DNA of 64,000 nucleotides. Origin: Chloroflexia bacterium (GTDB lineage Bacteria; Chloroflexota; Chloroflexia; QHBQ01; JAICKM01). How positions within the stretch are numbered: the stretch's first letter is position 1; every line of letters starts with the position of its first letter. The notes below the pieces were generated by a model, which did no database searches, was not told where the DNA came from, and saw only the letters and a list, made by a program, of their open reading frames with translations. Shown piece after piece: positions 45,706 to 54,268 of this stretch. The position numbers and the translations under genes are program-made. Location: contig JBBRPH010000004.1 of the NCBI GenBank assembly GCA_038228295.1, positions 11,118 to 75,117 on the forward strand, in the 5' to 3' direction.

Positions 45706-45773
45706 CCACCACAAAGCCATACCGAACGCGAAGATGCTTATCATTTTTCGCGTTCGGCATGGCTTTGTGGTGG
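45706..45773. terminator. Long hairpin (27-bp stem) between convergent genes; likely bidirectional terminator or REP-like element
   Basis: CCACCACAAAGCCATACCGAACGCGAA (45706-45732) pairs with TTCGCGTTCGGCATGGCTTTGTGGTGG (45747-45773): 26 of 27 pairs Watson-Crick plus one wobble-type mismatch, 14-nt loop. Confidence 0.6.
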
Positions 45774-45792
45774 GTGGAATCTACGAGTTTGG

Positions 45793-46338
45793 TTAATGGG
45801 CCGGCGGTTCGGACGTGGTGGGAGCTGCGGGAGCCGCTGTGCGGCCTTCCAGTTCGGCGGCGACCACATCGGGCACGATAAGCAGATCTTTGCCGAAGCG
45901 TAAGCCGGGCACTTGATCAAAGGTACGCTCTTTGTGACGCACTTGCTCCCAAAGCGTGCCGCTCATCTCATAGCAGGCGATGCGCAGCGTGGTGGGGTCC
46001 ATCTCGACATCGCCCAGCGCGCCTAACAGGGTGCCCTGATCGCTGACCACTTTCATGCCCTGCAACTGGTTGAGGCCAATCGCCGTCTGGTAGTCAGGAC
46101 CGGCATGGCTGAGCAGGGCGGCTTTGTCTTTAATCGTAATCGCGTCGGGACCGATGTTGCTGATGTTGGGCGCCAGCAGCGTCTTGTTGCCGCCAATCAA
46201 ACCGTGGCTGATGTGAAAGGCGACGACCTGCCCGGCGGCGAGGTCAAAAAACACATCTGCGACGCTGCCCAGTTTCTCCGCATCGCCCACACTGACCACT
46301 GCGCGGCCCTTCAGGCTGCTAGCTTTAATTGTATTCAT
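45793..46338 (-). CDS. PRC-barrel domain protein (two PRC-like halves)
   Basis: LKGRAVVSVGDAEKLGSVADVFFDL and LQGMKVVSDQGTLLGALGDVEMD resemble PRC-barrel motifs. Confidence 0.55.
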   Translation of the reverse strand: MNTIKASSLKGRAVVSVGDAEKLGSVADVFFDLAAGQVVAFHISHGLIGGNKTLLAPNISNIGPDAITIKDKAALLSHAGPDYQTAIGLNQLQGMKVVSDQGTLLGALGDVEMDPTTLRIACYEMSGTLWEQVRHKERTFDQVPGLRFGKDLLIVPDVVAAELEGRTAAPAAPTTSEPPAH

Positions 46339-46553
46339 AACATCCTCCTATACGTACCTCACTGTGGCTGTTGCCGCTTACAAGTAATACTCATGCCCGC
46401 CGGTTGTTAGTGCAAAAAGCGCTGCGTTTGGAGTAGAGACGTGGTTCCTGTAGCAGTTCGAGCGTGAAAGGATCGCTAGCAAGAGCCGGATTGTCCACAT
46501 CTGATCCTCGCGCGCATACTAAGGTGGATTTCATCGCAGTTGCTTGCGTGACC

Positions 46554-46964
46554 CTACTGGGGCATGGGTAGCCTGCTAAATAGCTCAATTAGCGTGCCGT
46601 CAGGATCACGCAGGTGTGCAGTCCGAATACCCCAGTCGGGCCGGTCCTGCGCTGTGGTGAGAAACGTAACCCCTTTTGCCTCTAGCGCGACCACGGTCGT
46701 ATCCAGATCGCCCACATCAAAAGCGAGCATCACGCGATCCTGGCCCGGCGCGGAGCCCGACCCGCCGGCGGTGCCCAGCACAGCGGCCATCAGCGCACGG
46801 GCAAACAGGGCCACGGTGGGGCCGCCCTCGCCTACGCTGAAGCTGCTGTACACTTCGCCCTCCGCGCCCCAGGTGACAGTCAAACCCAGCACATCGCGAT
46901 AGAAGCGAAAGCAGCCGTCAAAATCGTTTACCAGTAACCGTACTTCACCTAGTTGTAATGGCAT
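46554..46964 (-). CDS. VOC (glyoxalase/bleomycin-resistance) family protein
   Basis: 136 aa; FYRDVLGL... and RTAHLRDPDGTLIELF are typical VOC beta-alpha-beta-beta-beta modules. Confidence 0.7.
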   Translation of the reverse strand: MPLQLGEVRLLVNDFDGCFRFYRDVLGLTVTWGAEGEVYSSFSVGEGGPTVALFARALMAAVLGTAGGSGSAPGQDRVMLAFDVGDLDTTVVALEAKGVTFLTTAQDRPDWGIRTAHLRDPDGTLIELFSRLPMPQ

Positions 46965-47037
46965 TGCGCGCCCTCCTCTGCTACGTTATAGCCGACCGTC
47001 CCTACACCGAGGCTGGTCGGGAACCGGCCTCGGATCC

Positions 47038-47514
47038 TTATTGCGCGTACAGCGTCGCCACCAGCGTCGCCAGCGCGTCGAGACGGGCCAGCAGTTGCCG
47101 CCAGAGCGCGAAAGCGGCCAGGGCCAGCGGAGTCGGTTCGCCGCTGGACGTGCCCCAGCCAGCGTCCAGTGTGTCGGTGAGCAGCGACTCGGTGGCCTGA
47201 AAGCGATAGCGGATCTGCTTCATCGCTACCATCAGGTCCGCGTCTGCCCAGGCAGTGCGCCGGCGGGCCACTCCATCCGGCGGCAAGGCGGCGGGCGGCT
47301 CCTGGCCTTCGACTAGTGCGATTAGTAGCGGATAGGCCCGCGTGTCGAGGTCTACCGCCAGATCGAGTAACGCACCGCGTACTGAGCCGGCGGCCCCGCC
47401 CGGCACGTGGTCGAGCAGATTCTCCGGCACCTGGGCGGCCAGCCACAGATAATCTTCCAGCGTGGTGTTGAGGTGGGTGATGATCCCTTTGCGGAGATAG
47501 GCTTGCCCGTGCAT
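47038..47514 (-). CDS. Hypothetical protein (helical, possibly DinB-like)
   Basis: 158-aa ORF with high GC3 and no diagnostic motif; the alternative-frame ORFs overlapping it look like shadows. Confidence 0.35.
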   Translation of the reverse strand: MHGQAYLRKGIITHLNTTLEDYLWLAAQVPENLLDHVPGGAAGSVRGALLDLAVDLDTRAYPLLIALVEGQEPPAALPPDGVARRRTAWADADLMVAMKQIRYRFQATESLLTDTLDAGWGTSSGEPTPLALAAFALWRQLLARLDALATLVATLYAQ

Positions 47515-47527
47515 GGGTGTCTCCCGA

Positions 47528-48205
47528 CTAACGGCCGACCGGCGTGGGGCTGCTCGGCGGCTGATAAAGGGCTAGGCCCAGTAGGCCCAGCGTCACGTCG
47601 CCGACCGCTGCGCTTCCTGGTCGGCGTTCTAAGCGACTGCGCTCAAAATATTGCACCGTGAACGGATCGCTGCCTAGTTGTTCGGTGAACTCTTCCGAGA
47701 TCGGATAGCCGAACTGCGCCGGCCCACCATATTGCTGCCAAAAAGCGCGAAACGGGCCGTGTAGGGTGTGCCCAGTCAGCGGGAACCACTGTACATCCGC
47801 CCCCTGATCCGGCGGAGCCGCTAACGCGGCGAAGGCAGATTCCCCACGGCGTGTGGCCGTGGCCTCGCGGCCCAACTGCCCCAGCACCACGTCGTTGGGC
47901 GGAGCTGCGCCGGGATGTGCCTCCAAGCGGATACGCTGAAACCATTGCACGCGATACGGCTTGCCGTCTAGGACACTGGTCTCGGTCATGGGTGCGCTGA
48001 TCGGGTAGCCGTTCAACGCGATGCTCTCGGTGTAGGTGTGGCCGCCAATCCAGGTGTCCAGAAAGCGCCCGCTGACGGTTTGATTGGTCTCCCAGAAATA
48101 GTAGCTGCTATGGCGGGACGGTCCCAACGGCAGGACCGATAGGCCCAGTGCAGCCAACAAGGCCAGATAGATCAGCGGTCGCCCCAGCAGCAAACGGATC
48201 GGCAT
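47528..48205 (-). CDS. Secreted or membrane-anchored protein with two LGFP-like repeats
   Basis: Start set at MPIRLLLGRPLIYLALLAALGLSVL (48205). Two modules: F.(D/A)(T/F)W.....GYPIS......DGKPYRVQWFQRIRLE and FRAFWQQYGGPAQFGYPISEEF...VQYFERSRLE. Confidence 0.6.
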   Translation of the reverse strand: MPIRLLLGRPLIYLALLAALGLSVLPLGPSRHSSYYFWETNQTVSGRFLDTWIGGHTYTESIALNGYPISAPMTETSVLDGKPYRVQWFQRIRLEAHPGAAPPNDVVLGQLGREATATRRGESAFAALAAPPDQGADVQWFPLTGHTLHGPFRAFWQQYGGPAQFGYPISEEFTEQLGSDPFTVQYFERSRLERRPGSAAVGDVTLGLLGLALYQPPSSPTPVGR

Positions 48206-48464
48206 AATGCTACTATATCCGGCCCCGCTCGTCTGTGCAAGCCGTGAACGGCGGGCGGTGAGCCGTGGGCGTGGGGCGCTGGGGGGTGTGCTGTGCTGGA
48301 GGTATGATGTTTCGTTGACAGGCACGCCTGATTGTGCCACAATAGGGCCGATCCCTGCCTGTAGATCCACCGCCGACCGCAGGGAGTAACTAACCCTTGT
48401 AATCTCCGTGTCTCCGTGCCTCTATGGTGAAACGAAACGGGCGACACGGCTAGGAGATACCCCC

Positions 48465-50441
48465 ATGCCCGACCACCTGATCCCCGTTGCCCACGACAGC
48501 GATGCACCCGACATCGCCTGGCGGCCCAACGCGGCCTACCTGGAACGCAGCCGCTTGCGTCGCTTCATGGCGCAGCACAGCATCGCCTCGTTGGACGAAC
48601 TGTTGATCCGATCCACCACCGACATTGCTTGGTTCTGGGATGCTGTGGTGCGGGATCTGGAGTTGGAGTGGTTTCAGCCCTACACGGCGGTAGTGGACCT
48701 AACGCGGGGCAACGAATGGCCGCGCTGGTTCCCCGGTGGGCGCTACAACTATGTGCATGACGCGGTGGACAAGCACGCCGCCCGCCGCCCAGATGCGCCC
48801 GCGCTGGGCTGGGAAGGCGAGGACGGCACGGTGCGTGCGTTTACCTTTGCCGAACTGCACGCTGAGGTCAACCGCGCCGCTAACGCTCTGCGGGCGCTGG
48901 GTATCGGCAAAGGCGACCGCGTGGGCGTGTTTATGCCGATGATTCCCGAAGTCGTGATCGCCACGCTGGCGATCTCCAAGATCGGCGCGATCTATATCCC
49001 TATCTTCTCCGGCTATGCCGGGGCGGCGGTGGCTGCTCGCCTGACCGACTGCGCCGCGACGCTGCTGATCACCGCCGACGGTTTTTTGCGCCGGGGTACT
49101 CCTGTCCCAATGAAAGAGACCGCCGACGAGGCTGCCACCCTCAGCCCCAGCGTGACCCATGTTCTCACGGTGCGCCGCCTGGGGCGGGAGGTACCGTGGA
49201 CGGCGGGCCGCGATGTATGGTGGCATGAGGCGCTGGCGGGGCAAAGTGCCGAGTGCGCCACCGAGCAGACGGATGCCGAAGACCCCTACATGATCATCTA
49301 CACGTCGGGCACCACTGGGCGGCCTAAAGGCGCGCTGCACACGCACTGCGGCTTCCCAATCAAAGGCGCGCAGGACATGGCACACTGCTTTGATGTGCAG
49401 CCCGGCGACACGCTGTTCTGGATCACCGATATTGGCTGGATGATGGGACCGTGGGCTATTTCGGGCGCGCTGATGCTAGGGGCGCGGCTGTTTATCTACG
49501 AGGGGTTGCCGTCGTACCCGCAGCCCGATCGCCTGTGGGAACTGACCGCTCGCCACGGCGTGACCCACCTGGGCATCTCGCCCACGCTGATCCGGGCGCT
49601 AATGGGCCAGGGCGATCATTGGCCGCAGACGCACGACCTGAGTCGCCTGCTCTTTTTTGGCAGTACGGGTGAGCCGTGGAATCCCGACCCCTGGCGCTGG
49701 CTGTTCGATGTGGTAGGGCAGGGCACGCGCCCCATCCTCAACTACTCCGGCGGCACTGAGATTTCGGGTGGCATCCTCTGCTGCCTACCGATTTTGCCGC
49801 TCAAACCGGGCTGCTTTAACGCACCGGTGCCCGGCATGGCCGCCGATGTGACCGATGCGGACGGTACACCGGTGCGCGAAGCGGTCGGCGAATTGGTGAT
49901 CCGGCAGCCCTGGCCGGGCATGACGCGCGGCTTTTGGGGCGACGCGGCACGCTACCTGGAGACCTATTGGGCGCGTATTCCCGGCGTGTGGGTTCACGGC
50001 GACTGGGCGCGCATTGACGCAGACGGCTTCTGGTATATCTTGGGCCGCTCCGACGATACGATCAAGGTGGCCGGTAAGCGCATCGGTCCCGCCGAAGTGG
50101 AATCGGCGGCCGTGTCGCACCCCGCCGTGGCCGAAGCCGCCGCCATCGGCGTGCCTGACGCGCTCAAAGGCGAGATCTTGGTCGTCTTTGCCCTACTGCG
50201 TCCCGGCCACACGCCTACCGAGGCGCTACGCGCCGCCGTTGAAGCCGCCATCGTCGGCCAGTTGGGCAAGACGCTCAAACCGCAGGCTATCCGGTTCGTG
50301 CGCGATCTGCCGCGCACACGTAACGGCAAGATCCTACGCCGCTTGGTCCGCAAGCACTATCTGGGCGAGCCGCTGGGCGATACCTCGGCCCTGGAAAACC
50401 CCGCCGGCCTGGACGAGATCGCGGCGGCGCGCCCTGCATGA
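48465..50441 (+). CDS. AMP-forming acyl-CoA synthetase (acetyl/acetoacetyl-CoA synthetase-like)
   Basis: AMP-binding motif YMIIYTSGTTGRPKGALHTH, then GWMMGPW, YSGGTEISGG, a DTIKVAGKRIGPAEVE hinge, and a terminal RTRNGKILRR Lys. Start at ATG 48465 with GGAGA upstream. Confidence 0.85.
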   Translation: MPDHLIPVAHDSDAPDIAWRPNAAYLERSRLRRFMAQHSIASLDELLIRSTTDIAWFWDAVVRDLELEWFQPYTAVVDLTRGNEWPRWFPGGRYNYVHDAVDKHAARRPDAPALGWEGEDGTVRAFTFAELHAEVNRAANALRALGIGKGDRVGVFMPMIPEVVIATLAISKIGAIYIPIFSGYAGAAVAARLTDCAATLLITADGFLRRGTPVPMKETADEAATLSPSVTHVLTVRRLGREVPWTAGRDVWWHEALAGQSAECATEQTDAEDPYMIIYTSGTTGRPKGALHTHCGFPIKGAQDMAHCFDVQPGDTLFWITDIGWMMGPWAISGALMLGARLFIYEGLPSYPQPDRLWELTARHGVTHLGISPTLIRALMGQGDHWPQTHDLSRLLFFGSTGEPWNPDPWRWLFDVVGQGTRPILNYSGGTEISGGILCCLPILPLKPGCFNAPVPGMAADVTDADGTPVREAVGELVIRQPWPGMTRGFWGDAARYLETYWARIPGVWVHGDWARIDADGFWYILGRSDDTIKVAGKRIGPAEVESAAVSHPAVAEAAAIGVPDALKGEILVVFALLRPGHTPTEALRAAVEAAIVGQLGKTLKPQAIRFVRDLPRTRNGKILRRLVRKHYLGEPLGDTSALENPAGLDEIAAARPA

Positions 50442-50493
50442 TTTTTCGATCCACGAAGGAACACGAAGACGCGCGAAGAGATGCGATAGGTTT

Positions 50494-50499
50494 TATAAT
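50494..50499 (+). promoter_or_regulatory. Isolated TATAAT hexamer upstream of the inverted-repeat element
   Basis: TTTTATAATAGG shares the TATAATAG core seen at the tRNA and GT39 promoters. No convincing -35. Confidence 0.3.
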
Positions 50500-50507
50500 A
50501 GGTCATT

Positions 50508-50713
50508 CTGAACTTCAGTTTGTACAATTTTGTCGAAGCAAAAGTGCCTAATATAAGTCTTAATTCACAGAGGTAGGGCAAAAATGAGCCCTTATACGGG
50601 GGCCGTGAGTGTAAAATATCGGCTGTTTAGCGGGGTGGCCGACTTACACTAGGCACGAAATTGCTTGCTGTAACCCGATTTTCAATTGTAAAATTGTACA
50701 AACTCAAGCTGAA
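50508..50713. mobile_element. MITE-like element: 196 bp, 19-bp terminal inverted repeats, 5-bp CTGAA flanking duplication
   Basis: CTTCAGTTTGTACAATTTT (50513-50531) versus the reverse complement of AAAATTGTACAAACTCAAG (50690-50708) gives 18 of 19 matches. CTGAA lies at 50508-50512 and 50709-50713. AT-rich interior with nested complementary segments. No transposase. Confidence 0.5.
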
Positions 50714-50840
50714 CGCAGTGAAGAATCTGCTGGGAATGTGACCGGTTAGGGTCACAGGTTGTTGGTGGTGCACCGAATGCTAGGGTTGGGAGTGGTCTAC
50801 GGTAGCGGAGACGCAGCTAGGATTAGGCTGGAGGTAGTTT

Positions 50841-51707
50841 GTGGCTGTTCCCAAATACAATGAGTTATTCAACCCCACCTTTCAAGCCCTCAAAAAGCTG
50901 GGTGGTTCGGCCTCGATCACGGAATTGAACGAAGAGGTCATACGTAGCCTGAATCTAACTGAGGCCGATATTACACAGCCACATAGACCAAATGATCGTC
51001 AAACCGAAATAGAGTACCGGCTGGCGTGGTCCCGTAGTTATCTTAAAAATTTCGGTCTAATTGAAAATTCAGGCCGTGGTATTTGGATCATCACAGGAAA
51101 AGGTAACGCATTTGAGCACGTGAACCCAATAGAAGTTACCAGAGCCGTAAATAAAGCGCGGAAGCGCACGCAGAATGAGCCGGAAGATCGCCTGCCTGAG
51201 TCGCTACCCATAGCCTCAAGTGCAGTAGACGAAGCTGTATTGGAACAAAGTTGGAAAGACCAACTGTTGGCAACGCTGCGCGGTCTCGCGCCGGATGCGT
51301 TTGAGCGGCTGTGCCAGCGATTATTGCGCGAGTCGGGTTTTGTCGAAGTGAAAGTCACAGGACGCACGGGCGATGGTGGGATTGACGGCGTGGGGCGGGT
51401 GAAGATCGGCGGGTTGCTGGGCTTTCCGATTGTGTTTCAATGCAAGCGGTATCAGGGCAGCGTTGGGTCGAGTGTGGTGCGCGAGTTTCGCGGCGCGATG
51501 ATGGGCCGTGCTGACCGAGGACTGATTCTCACCACCGGCACCTTCACCCGTGACGCACGCCAGGAGGCCACCCGTGACGGTGTGCCGCCGATTGACCTAC
51601 TGGATGGCGACGAATTGCTGGATAAGTTGAAAGAGTTACGGCTCGGTGTGACTGTGCAAATGATTGAAGAGGTCGGCGTAGATATGCACTGGTTCCAGGC
51701 GATTTAG
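50841..51707 (+). CDS. mrr: Mrr-family type IV restriction endonuclease (Mrr_N winged helix plus Mrr_cat)
   Basis: N-terminal PKYNELFNPTFQALKKLGGSASITEL (Mrr_N). C-terminal FERLCQRLLRESGF...GDGGIDG...VFQCKRY (PD-QxK type Mrr catalytic core). GTG start with GGAGGT upstream. The 5' half has lower GC. Confidence 0.8.
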   Translation: MAVPKYNELFNPTFQALKKLGGSASITELNEEVIRSLNLTEADITQPHRPNDRQTEIEYRLAWSRSYLKNFGLIENSGRGIWIITGKGNAFEHVNPIEVTRAVNKARKRTQNEPEDRLPESLPIASSAVDEAVLEQSWKDQLLATLRGLAPDAFERLCQRLLRESGFVEVKVTGRTGDGGIDGVGRVKIGGLLGFPIVFQCKRYQGSVGSSVVREFRGAMMGRADRGLILTTGTFTRDARQEATRDGVPPIDLLDGDELLDKLKELRLGVTVQMIEEVGVDMHWFQAI

Positions 51708-51729
51708 ATCGCAAGCCGGGTATTCCTGC

Positions 51730-52680
51730 TTACTGTGCGTCGGCCGCCGCCGATTGCCGGCCGGCGCCGGCTGACTGTCGCCCGACCAGCAAGCCCGCAC
51801 CCAGGATCAGCGCCCCGCCCAGCAGTTGCGTAGGGTGGATCGATTCGCCTAAGACCAGTGCGGCCAGCACGAGTGTGAAGACCGGCTCGCCGGTGCTGAG
51901 GATGCTGGCACGCGCCGGACCGAGGCGGGCCAGTCCGGCCACGAATGCACCAATCGCCAGTACGGTGCTGACCAGGGCAACCCCGACCAGCGCAAACCAG
52001 CCGGTGGCGGTGATGCCGCCGCGCAAGGTGCCTCCCGCCACCCCTGCGCCGAGGTAGACTAGCGCCGCCGCGCTGATGATGTAGGTGGCGGCGACCAGCG
52101 GCGGCACCCCGGCAGTGATACGCGTGCCGGCGATGATGTAGAGCGCGTAGATGCCCGCAGCGGCCAGTCCCCAGGCAATGCCCACGGGATCTACCGTGGC
52201 CGGTAGCGCGTCCGGTCCACCCAACACCAGCGCGCAGCCCAGCAGGGCCAGCCCCAGCGCAGCGATCCCCACGCGGGTGAGCGGCTGGTGCAGTACCGCC
52301 CAGGCCAGCACCGCCACCAGCGCCGGATAGAGATAGAGCAACAACCCGGTAGTCGCGGCGGGCACGGTCTGCAAGGCGGTGAAAAAGGCGAACGATTGGC
52401 CGACATAGCCTACCGCGCCCATCGCCAGCAGGCCCAGCAACGTGCGGCGCGGCAGCCGTGGCGACACGCGGCGCCCTGCCAACAGCCCCCACATGACCAC
52501 GGCCGCCAGACTGAAGCGCCCAGCCAGCAGCGTCGGCAGTCCCAAGCCGGCGGCATAGGCCAGCTTGCCGAAGATCGCCAACGCGCCGAAGCCTGCCGCC
52601 GACAGTAGCAGCCAAATCACGCCCCCATCCAGCCGCCCGCGCAGCCCTGCCGCTGCTACAGCGGATCGGTCACTTACCAT
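51730..52680 (-). CDS. EamA/DMT-superfamily transporter
   Basis: 10 TM segments in two EamA-like halves. Confidence 0.75.
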   Translation of the reverse strand: MVSDRSAVAAAGLRGRLDGGVIWLLLSAAGFGALAIFGKLAYAAGLGLPTLLAGRFSLAAVVMWGLLAGRRVSPRLPRRTLLGLLAMGAVGYVGQSFAFFTALQTVPAATTGLLLYLYPALVAVLAWAVLHQPLTRVGIAALGLALLGCALVLGGPDALPATVDPVGIAWGLAAAGIYALYIIAGTRITAGVPPLVAATYIISAAALVYLGAGVAGGTLRGGITATGWFALVGVALVSTVLAIGAFVAGLARLGPARASILSTGEPVFTLVLAALVLGESIHPTQLLGGALILGAGLLVGRQSAGAGRQSAAADAQ

Positions 52681-52900
52681 GCTTGAAACCTCCCTATTTC
52701 CTGCCCTGCCGCTATCGTATCATACCATGTTATGCCTTACCGTATCTGCCGGCTACTCACCTTCGATCCTCTGCTAGGGAAGGCACGCCACTTGCTTCTA
52801 GGGACGATATTAACCAACTGACGTAATAACGAAGAGCAGGTGTCGTGGGCCGCCTGACTAGTGTGACCGCTCTAGCGGGAGCCAGAATCAGGATCGAACG

Positions 52901-54115
52901 TTGCTACAGCGCGTCGCCGCTATTCTCCAGGATCATCTGGAGGAAATTGTCCGTGGTTGGGTTGCCGATTTACGGCAGACCCCGCAAACGGAAATTCATA
53001 ATGAACTACTCTCGGCCCAAATTGTAGACGGCATGAAGGCGCTGATCACTAACGTTGCTACTACAATTGAGCAGGGAGTTGCACCCGACGTCGAAACGGC
53101 GCAAGCTGCGGGCGCAGCGGAACTACTCAGCCCGCGTCTATCTGCCGACGTTGTGCCGTCCCTGCCGGCCCAGGTTGCGCCGGAGCCGCAGGTGTTACCC
53201 CCGGAAGTGCCGGCACCGACCGAGGCGCCGGCGGGCCGACAAGCCGATCCGCGCTATCGCCGTTTTTACCGCGCTCGCTCTGCATCCGGCAGCGGCGAGC
53301 GCCCACCTGATCCGACTCTGGCCGCCGAATCGCTGCGGCGGGCATTAGCTGTAGCCGCGCATAGCGGCCGCTTACGCCAACAACAAGGCTACGAAATCAA
53401 TGAAGTGGTGCAAGAATACGTACATTTGCGTCGCCGCTTTTGGCAGACGCTAGGCCGTAAAATGCGCCGCACCGACCGCGCCGCCGTCCAACTGGCGATC
53501 TATATGGACGGCTTGCTGGATGATTTGCTTATTGCCACGGTGCAGACCTATCAAGACGCCACTTTGCATGAGCTGGAACGGCGTGCGGTGCGTGACCCCC
53601 TGACCGGTTTATTTAACCATAGTTATTGTTGGGAGCGTATCTACGAGGAAGTGCGCCGCTATCGCCGTTACACTACCTCATTTACGGTGATGCTGATCGA
53701 TCTAGATCATCTGAAGCAAAGCAACGACACCTACGGGCATCAGGTGGGCGACCGCGTGGTGGTTCATGTGGCCGAGGCGATGCGCGCTGTCGCGCGTAGT
53801 AGCGACATTCTTTGCCGTTATGCCGGTGACGAGTTTGTGATGATTCTGCCGGGCTGCGAAAAAGCCGACGCAGTGGTGCTGGCTGAGCGCCTGCGGGTGT
53901 GTGCCCAGCAGCCGCTACTGACGGGAGACGGGCTGCATCTTATCCGTCAGATGGAGGCGTCTTTACCCGCCACAAGCATTGTACCTACGGTCTCGATCGG
54001 TCTGGCGACCTGCCCCAGTGATGCGCGGGTAGCTGAGGCGTTAATCGCCCAGGCTGACGGCGCGCTCTACCGCGCCAAAGCCGCAGGCCGCAATACTATT
54101 CGATCATTGGGATGA
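52901..54115 (+). CDS. Diguanylate cyclase-type protein (GGDEF domain with AGDEF active-site variant)
   Basis: DPLTGLFNH, LIDLDHLKQSNDTYGHQVGD, RYAGDEFVMILPG and YRAKAAGRN. The N-terminal helical sensor region is RsbR_N/globin-coupled-like. TTG start. Confidence 0.8.
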   Translation: MLQRVAAILQDHLEEIVRGWVADLRQTPQTEIHNELLSAQIVDGMKALITNVATTIEQGVAPDVETAQAAGAAELLSPRLSADVVPSLPAQVAPEPQVLPPEVPAPTEAPAGRQADPRYRRFYRARSASGSGERPPDPTLAAESLRRALAVAAHSGRLRQQQGYEINEVVQEYVHLRRRFWQTLGRKMRRTDRAAVQLAIYMDGLLDDLLIATVQTYQDATLHELERRAVRDPLTGLFNHSYCWERIYEEVRRYRRYTTSFTVMLIDLDHLKQSNDTYGHQVGDRVVVHVAEAMRAVARSSDILCRYAGDEFVMILPGCEKADAVVLAERLRVCAQQPLLTGDGLHLIRQMEASLPATSIVPTVSIGLATCPSDARVAEALIAQADGALYRAKAAGRNTIRSLG

Positions 54116-54239
54116 TTGGCACGGGGCTTGCTCTAGCTGACCAGGCAACTGCACAATTCTCCTAATTTTCCTATTCTCCTGTTTAGCTATTTATTCCAGT
54201 TTAAGTGAAGTGGCCGTACATAGGGTTCTAAAAGCAGTG

Positions 54240-54254
54240 GTTCTGAATTCTGAA
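54240..54254. repeat. Heptamer array (GTTCTGA ATTCTGA A)
   Basis: Exact reverse complement of 21467-21481; lies 15 nt upstream of the ATG at 54269. Confidence 0.8.
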
Positions 54255-54268
54255 AGTGGAGCAAGGCG

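Noticed and set aside
50513-50708. The inverted-repeat element considered as a retron msr-msd or a 6S-type RNA
   Set aside because: There is no reverse transcriptase gene anywhere nearby. The AT-rich composition is unlike structural RNAs of a high-GC host. The flanking CTGAA duplication fits a MITE better. An ncRNA or leader role remains open and is noted in the finding.
51704-52615. 303-aa minus-strand ORF in another frame of the EamA transporter gene
   Set aside because: Its Arg/Gly/Ala-rich product looks non-protein-like. The 51730-52680 frame gives ten clean TM helices.
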